Source of the DNA: Candidatus Eiseniibacteriota bacterium
GTDB taxonomy: Bacteria > Eisenbacteria > RBG-16-71-46
DNA: 53,245 bases
Assembly (NCBI GenBank): GCA_031370785.1
Contig: JANMQY010000062.1
Location: 1 to 53,245 of the forward strand
Direction of reading: 5' to 3'
Notes under the pieces: model-generated
The model's input: the letters and a program-made list of their open reading frames with translations, nothing else
Told to the model about the DNA's origin: nothing
Database searches by the model: none
In this document: positions 49,508 through 53,245 of the stretch, piece after piece
How the letters are laid out: the number at the start of each line of letters is the position of its first letter
Position numbering within the stretch: the first letter of the stretch is position 1
Translations under genes and position numbers: made by a program

Positions 49508-50516
49508 CGCCGGCGGCGCGGGAGCCGCACCGGTCGCGCGCCGCGGGGCATCGCCGCGTGCCGGCGCGCGCAGCGATGCGCTCGCGATTCTCGAGCGCGC
49601 GGACCGCGGCGAGTTCCCGGGAAGCCTCTACCTCGAGGGTCCGAGCGAGGCGCTCAAGGCCGAGCTGTTGTCCGCGCTCCGCCACGGATGGGCAAGGAGC
49701 TGCCCGGAAGCTCCGCTCGCCCGCGTGCTGCGCGCCGCCGAGAGCGGGGTGGAAGAGATCCTCGGCGCCTATCAGGGTGGCTCGCTCTTCAGTCCACGCG
49801 AGCTGATCGTGGTGCTCGACATCGAGGACCTGGGGCGGAGCGAAAAGCGCGTGGCCGCACTCGCCGCCGGGCTCGCCCTGCCGGCCGGCCCCTCGTCGCT
49901 GGTGCTGGTCGAATCGACGGCGGATGCGGCGCGCAAGGCCCTCGAACCGATCCGCGCGGCGTGCAGCGAGCGTGTCGTGCTCATGCCGCCCGAGCGCCGC
50001 ACTCTGCTGGCATGGGGTCAGCGCCGCCTCGCAAGCGAAGGCGTTCGCGCCGATTCCGGTGTGCTCGAGGCCGCGGCCGACGCGTGCGAGGGCGACGCGC
50101 TCGCCTTCTTCAACGAGCTGGCCAAGCTCGCGACGTGGGCCGGGCAGGGCACGCTGAGCCGCGCCGAAGCGGAACGCCTGTTGCGACCCGCAATGAGCGC
50201 CGAGCTTCCCGACTACCTCGCCGCGGTGGCCGGGGGAGAGCCGCGCATGGCGGCGCAGCGCCTCGGGCGCATGCTCGCTTCAGGCGTGGGGGAGGGCACG
50301 GTGCTGTTCGCGCTCTCCAACCTGGTGGGTGGCGCGCTGGGCGGATGGGCGCGATTCCGCGAGGCAAGCGATGCGCTGCGCAGGCGGCGCGGAGCGCGCG
50401 AGCTGTTTCACGCGCTGGATGCGGTCTATCGCGCCGAAGCCGCGTGGAAGGGCGGCCGCGCCGATTCGATCGCGGTGCTCGAGCAGGTGACGCGCGAGGT
50501 GTGCGGGTCGAGCTGA
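49473..50516 (+). CDS. holA: DNA polymerase III delta subunit-like protein (divergent)
   Basis: LYLEG…GGSLFSPRELIVV…NELAKL pattern, ~347 aa, synteny with lptE and leuS. Confidence 0.65.
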   Translation: MKFSAARSKAGSAGGAGAAPVARRGASPRAGARSDALAILERADRGEFPGSLYLEGPSEALKAELLSALRHGWARSCPEAPLARVLRAAESGVEEILGAYQGGSLFSPRELIVVLDIEDLGRSEKRVAALAAGLALPAGPSSLVLVESTADAARKALEPIRAACSERVVLMPPERRTLLAWGQRRLASEGVRADSGVLEAAADACEGDALAFFNELAKLATWAGQGTLSRAEAERLLRPAMSAELPDYLAAVAGGEPRMAAQRLGRMLASGVGEGTVLFALSNLVGGALGGWARFREASDALRRRRGARELFHALDAVYRAEAAWKGGRADSIAVLEQVTREVCGSS

Positions 50517-50642
50517 GTCGCCTGGCTATGCCGACCGCGACGCACCGCAGCCTTGCCGGCCCGCGTGACGCGCGCCGCGGTTGCGGGTAGTCTCCCGCGA
50601 CCCCGAGGTTCCGGGCGCACCCCTAACCCCGACATTCCGAGC

Positions 50643-53081
50643 ATGAGCCGATATCCATTCGCAGAAATCGAGCCGCGCTGGCAGCGCTACTGGGAATCCC
50701 GGCGCACGTTTCGCGCCGAGGACTTCTCGCCGCGTCCCAAGTTCTACTGCCTCGATTTCTTCCCCTATCCCTCGGGCTCGGGTCTGCACGTCGGGCATCT
50801 CGAAGGGTACGTCGCGACCGACATGCTGTGCCGTTACAAGCGCATGCGCGGGTTCAACGTACTGCACACCACCGGCTGGGACGCGTTCGGCCTTCCGGCC
50901 GAGCAGTACGCGGTCAAGACCGGCGTCCACCCGGCGATCACCACCCGCGAGAACATTCACAACTTCCGTCGCCAGATGAAGCGCGTCGGGCTCTCGCACG
51001 ACTGGGACCGCGAGGTGGACACCACCGACCCCGAATACTATCGCTGGACCCAGTGGATCTTCCTCAAGCTGTTCGAGCGCGGACTCGCCTACGTCGCCGA
51101 GGTCCCGGTCAACTGGTGTCCCGCCCTGGGCACCGTGCTCGCGAACGAAGAGGTGGTGGACGGGCGCAGCGAGGTGGGCGGGTTCGAAGTGATCCGCAAG
51201 CCGATGCGCCAGTGGGTGCTCAAGATCACCGCCTACGCCGACCGCCTGCTCGACGATCTCAAGCGGGTCGACTGGCCGCACAGCACGGTCGAGATGCAGC
51301 GCAACTGGATCGGCCGATCGATCGGCGCCGAGGTGGATTTTGGCCTGGCCGAGGTGCATGGCAACCTGCGCATCTTCACCACCCGCCCCGACACGCTTTT
51401 CGGCGCGACCTACATGGTGCTCGCGCCCGAGCACCCACTGGTGGACGCCATCACGCGCCCGCAGATGAAGAGCGGGGTTCACGCCTATCGCGAGGCCGCG
51501 GCACGCAAGAGCGACCTGGTGCGCGCCGAGCTCTCGAAGGAGAAGAGCGGCGTCTTCACCGGCGGACACGCGATCAATCCGGTCAACGGCGAGCGCCTGC
51601 CGGTGTGGATCGCCGACTACGTGATGATGGGCTACGGCACCGGGGCGATCATGGCGGTGCCGGGTCACGACCAGCGCGACTGGGAGTTCGCGAAGGCTTT
51701 TGGGCTGCCGATCCGCGAGGTGGTCAGGGGAGGGAACGTGGCCGAGGCCGCGTACACCGACAATCTCTCGGGGACGATCGTCAACTCGACTACCCCCGAC
51801 GGAAGCTTCTCGATCGATGGGCTTGCGCCTGAGGCCGCGATCCCGAAAATCACCGCCTGGCTCGAAGCAAAGGGTCTCGGCCGGCGCGCGGTCAACTACA
51901 AGCTGCGCGACTGGCTGTTCGCTCGCCAGCGCTACTGGGGCGAACCGTTCCCGATCCTGTGGGTGGATGGCGAGCCGAGCGCGGTGCCGGAAGAGATGCT
52001 GCCGGTGCGCCTGCCCGAGACCAGCGATTTCCGCCCGGCCGGAACGGGGGAGAGCCCGCTCGCGAATCTCACCGAGTGGGTCAACACCACCGACGCGGTC
52101 ACCGGCAAGCCGGCAAGGCGCGAGACCAACACCATGCCGCAGTGGGCCGGCTCGTGCTGGTACTACCTGCGCTATCTGGATCCGAAGAATTCGCGCGCGC
52201 TGGTCGACCCCAAGCTCGAGAAGTACTGGATGCCGGTCGACCTGTACGTGGGTGGGGCGGAGCACGCGGTGCTCCACCTGCTGTACGCGCGCTTCTGGCA
52301 CAAGGTGCTCTACGACATCGGCGTGGTGAGCACACTCGAACCGTTCCAGCGCCTCGTCCACCAGGGCACGATCCTCGGCGAGGACGGGGTCAAGATGAGC
52401 AAGTCTCTTGGCAACGTGGTCAGCCCCGACGACATGATCGACCGCTATGGAGCCGACGCGATACGCCTGTACGAGATGTTCATGGGGCCGCTCGAAGCCT
52501 CCAAGCCATGGAGCTCGAAGAGCGTCGAAGGCATCACCCGGTTCCTCGACCGGGTGTGGCGGCTCTACGTCGAGGACGACGGCTCACTTCGCGTAAAGGA
52601 TGAAGTGGCGCCCGAGGAGGCCCTGCGAGTGCTGCATCAGACCATCCGCAAGGTCACCACCGACCTGGAAGATCTCAAGTTCAACACCGCGATCGCCCAG
52701 ATGATGGTGTTCGTGAACGCGCTCAACCCGCTCGAATTGCGCCCGCGCACGGTGCTCGAGCCGTTCGTGCTGATTCTCTCGCCGTTCGCGCCGCACCTCG
52801 CTGAAGAGCTGTGGAACCGGCTTGGACATCCCGAGACGCTGGCCTACGAGCCGTGGCCCGAGTGGGACCCGGCGCGCGTGGCCGAGGAAACCGTGACCCT
52901 GGCCGTGCAGGTCGACGGCAAGCTTCGCGCGACACTGGAACTGCCCGCCGGCGTCGATCAGGCGGCCGCCCAGAGCGCGGCCCTGGCTGACGAGCGCATC
53001 CGTCGTTACGTCAACGGCGCCCAGGTGCGCAAGGTCATCTACGTGCCGGGCAAGCTACTGAATCTGGTGCTCGGTCACTGA
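50643..53081 (+). CDS. leuS: Leucine--tRNA ligase
   Basis: [58 protein letters not shown]. Confidence 0.97.
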   Translation: MSRYPFAEIEPRWQRYWESRRTFRAEDFSPRPKFYCLDFFPYPSGSGLHVGHLEGYVATDMLCRYKRMRGFNVLHTTGWDAFGLPAEQYAVKTGVHPAITTRENIHNFRRQMKRVGLSHDWDREVDTTDPEYYRWTQWIFLKLFERGLAYVAEVPVNWCPALGTVLANEEVVDGRSEVGGFEVIRKPMRQWVLKITAYADRLLDDLKRVDWPHSTVEMQRNWIGRSIGAEVDFGLAEVHGNLRIFTTRPDTLFGATYMVLAPEHPLVDAITRPQMKSGVHAYREAAARKSDLVRAELSKEKSGVFTGGHAINPVNGERLPVWIADYVMMGYGTGAIMAVPGHDQRDWEFAKAFGLPIREVVRGGNVAEAAYTDNLSGTIVNSTTPDGSFSIDGLAPEAAIPKITAWLEAKGLGRRAVNYKLRDWLFARQRYWGEPFPILWVDGEPSAVPEEMLPVRLPETSDFRPAGTGESPLANLTEWVNTTDAVTGKPARRETNTMPQWAGSCWYYLRYLDPKNSRALVDPKLEKYWMPVDLYVGGAEHAVLHLLYARFWHKVLYDIGVVSTLEPFQRLVHQGTILGEDGVKMSKSLGNVVSPDDMIDRYGADAIRLYEMFMGPLEASKPWSSKSVEGITRFLDRVWRLYVEDDGSLRVKDEVAPEEALRVLHQTIRKVTTDLEDLKFNTAIAQMMVFVNALNPLELRPRTVLEPFVLILSPFAPHLAEELWNRLGHPETLAYEPWPEWDPARVAEETVTLAVQVDGKLRATLELPAGVDQAAAQSAALADERIRRYVNGAQVRKVIYVPGKLLNLVLGH

Positions 53082-53108
53082 GTTCGCGACGCGACCTCGC
53101 GTGAACAG

Positions 53109-53143
53109 TGAAGCCCGCGGCGAGCACCTCGTCGCGGGCTTCA
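53109..53143 (+). terminator. Hairpin downstream of leuS (terminator-like, no U tract)
   Basis: TGAAGCCCGCGGCGAG-cac-CTCGTCGCGGGCTTCA 16-bp stem with one G-U pair. Confidence 0.55.
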
Positions 53144-53208
53144 TGCTGCCACGGCACCAGCGGGACCGGGGGAGAACACGTTTGCTGGCGCCGGATTCCA
53201 TGTCACGA

Positions 53209-53236
53209 GGTAGACATAATACTGATTATGCGACAC
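53209..53236 (-). other. Candidate dif / XerCD recombination site
   Basis: Minus strand GTGTCGCATAA-TCAGTA-TTATGTCTACC: 11-6-11 layout with the CATAA/TTATG core of dif (E. coli GGTGCGCATAA-TGTATA-TTATGTTAAAT). Confidence 0.65.
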
Positions 53237-53245
53237 AGCCAATAC

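Noticed and set aside
50517..50642. Possible T-box or leader before leuS (also checked before thrS and pheS)
   Set aside because: No T-box consensus, specifier stem or Leu-rich leader ORF visible; the regions are short.

Overview
GC-rich bacterial chromosomal segment. The FlgD-type C-terminal domain, outer-membrane beta-barrels, LptE and overall gene style point to a diderm FCB-related lineage such as Ca. Eisenbacteria (inference). Most of the window is housekeeping DNA on the + strand: aroC, aroF, tRNA-Val, thrS, infC-rpmI-rplT-pheS-pheT, zapB-like/zapA, 6S RNA, rny, ymdB-folD, xseAB, ispA, dxs, nadK, recN, trpEGDCFB, tRNA-Arg, wbpBDE-like sugar genes, a two-component system, lptE, holA and leuS. 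Accessory genes are interspersed: a TPR protein, a small membrane protein, a signal-peptide-bearing CHAT protease, a HAF-repeat protein, four beta-barrel OMPs, DUF885 and RDD. Signals not explained by the ORF track are: (1) a Trp/Tyr-rich leader peptide (…WYWRWY…) with attenuator hairpins in front of DAHP synthase; (2) an in-frame YmdB phosphodiesterase-FolD fusion; (3) a near-consensus sigma54 promoter before a GAF-GGDEF cyclase, close to an NtrC-type regulator whose kinase has a 4-Cys insert; (4) a trp operon lacking trpA; (5) an L20-leader-like RNA and ATT start for infC; (6) a probable ACG start codon; (7) a tRNA-Val with C33; (8) a dif/Xer-like site at the right edge. No CRISPR array, rRNA, integrase or transposase was seen. 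All calls are from reading the sequence; no searches were run.
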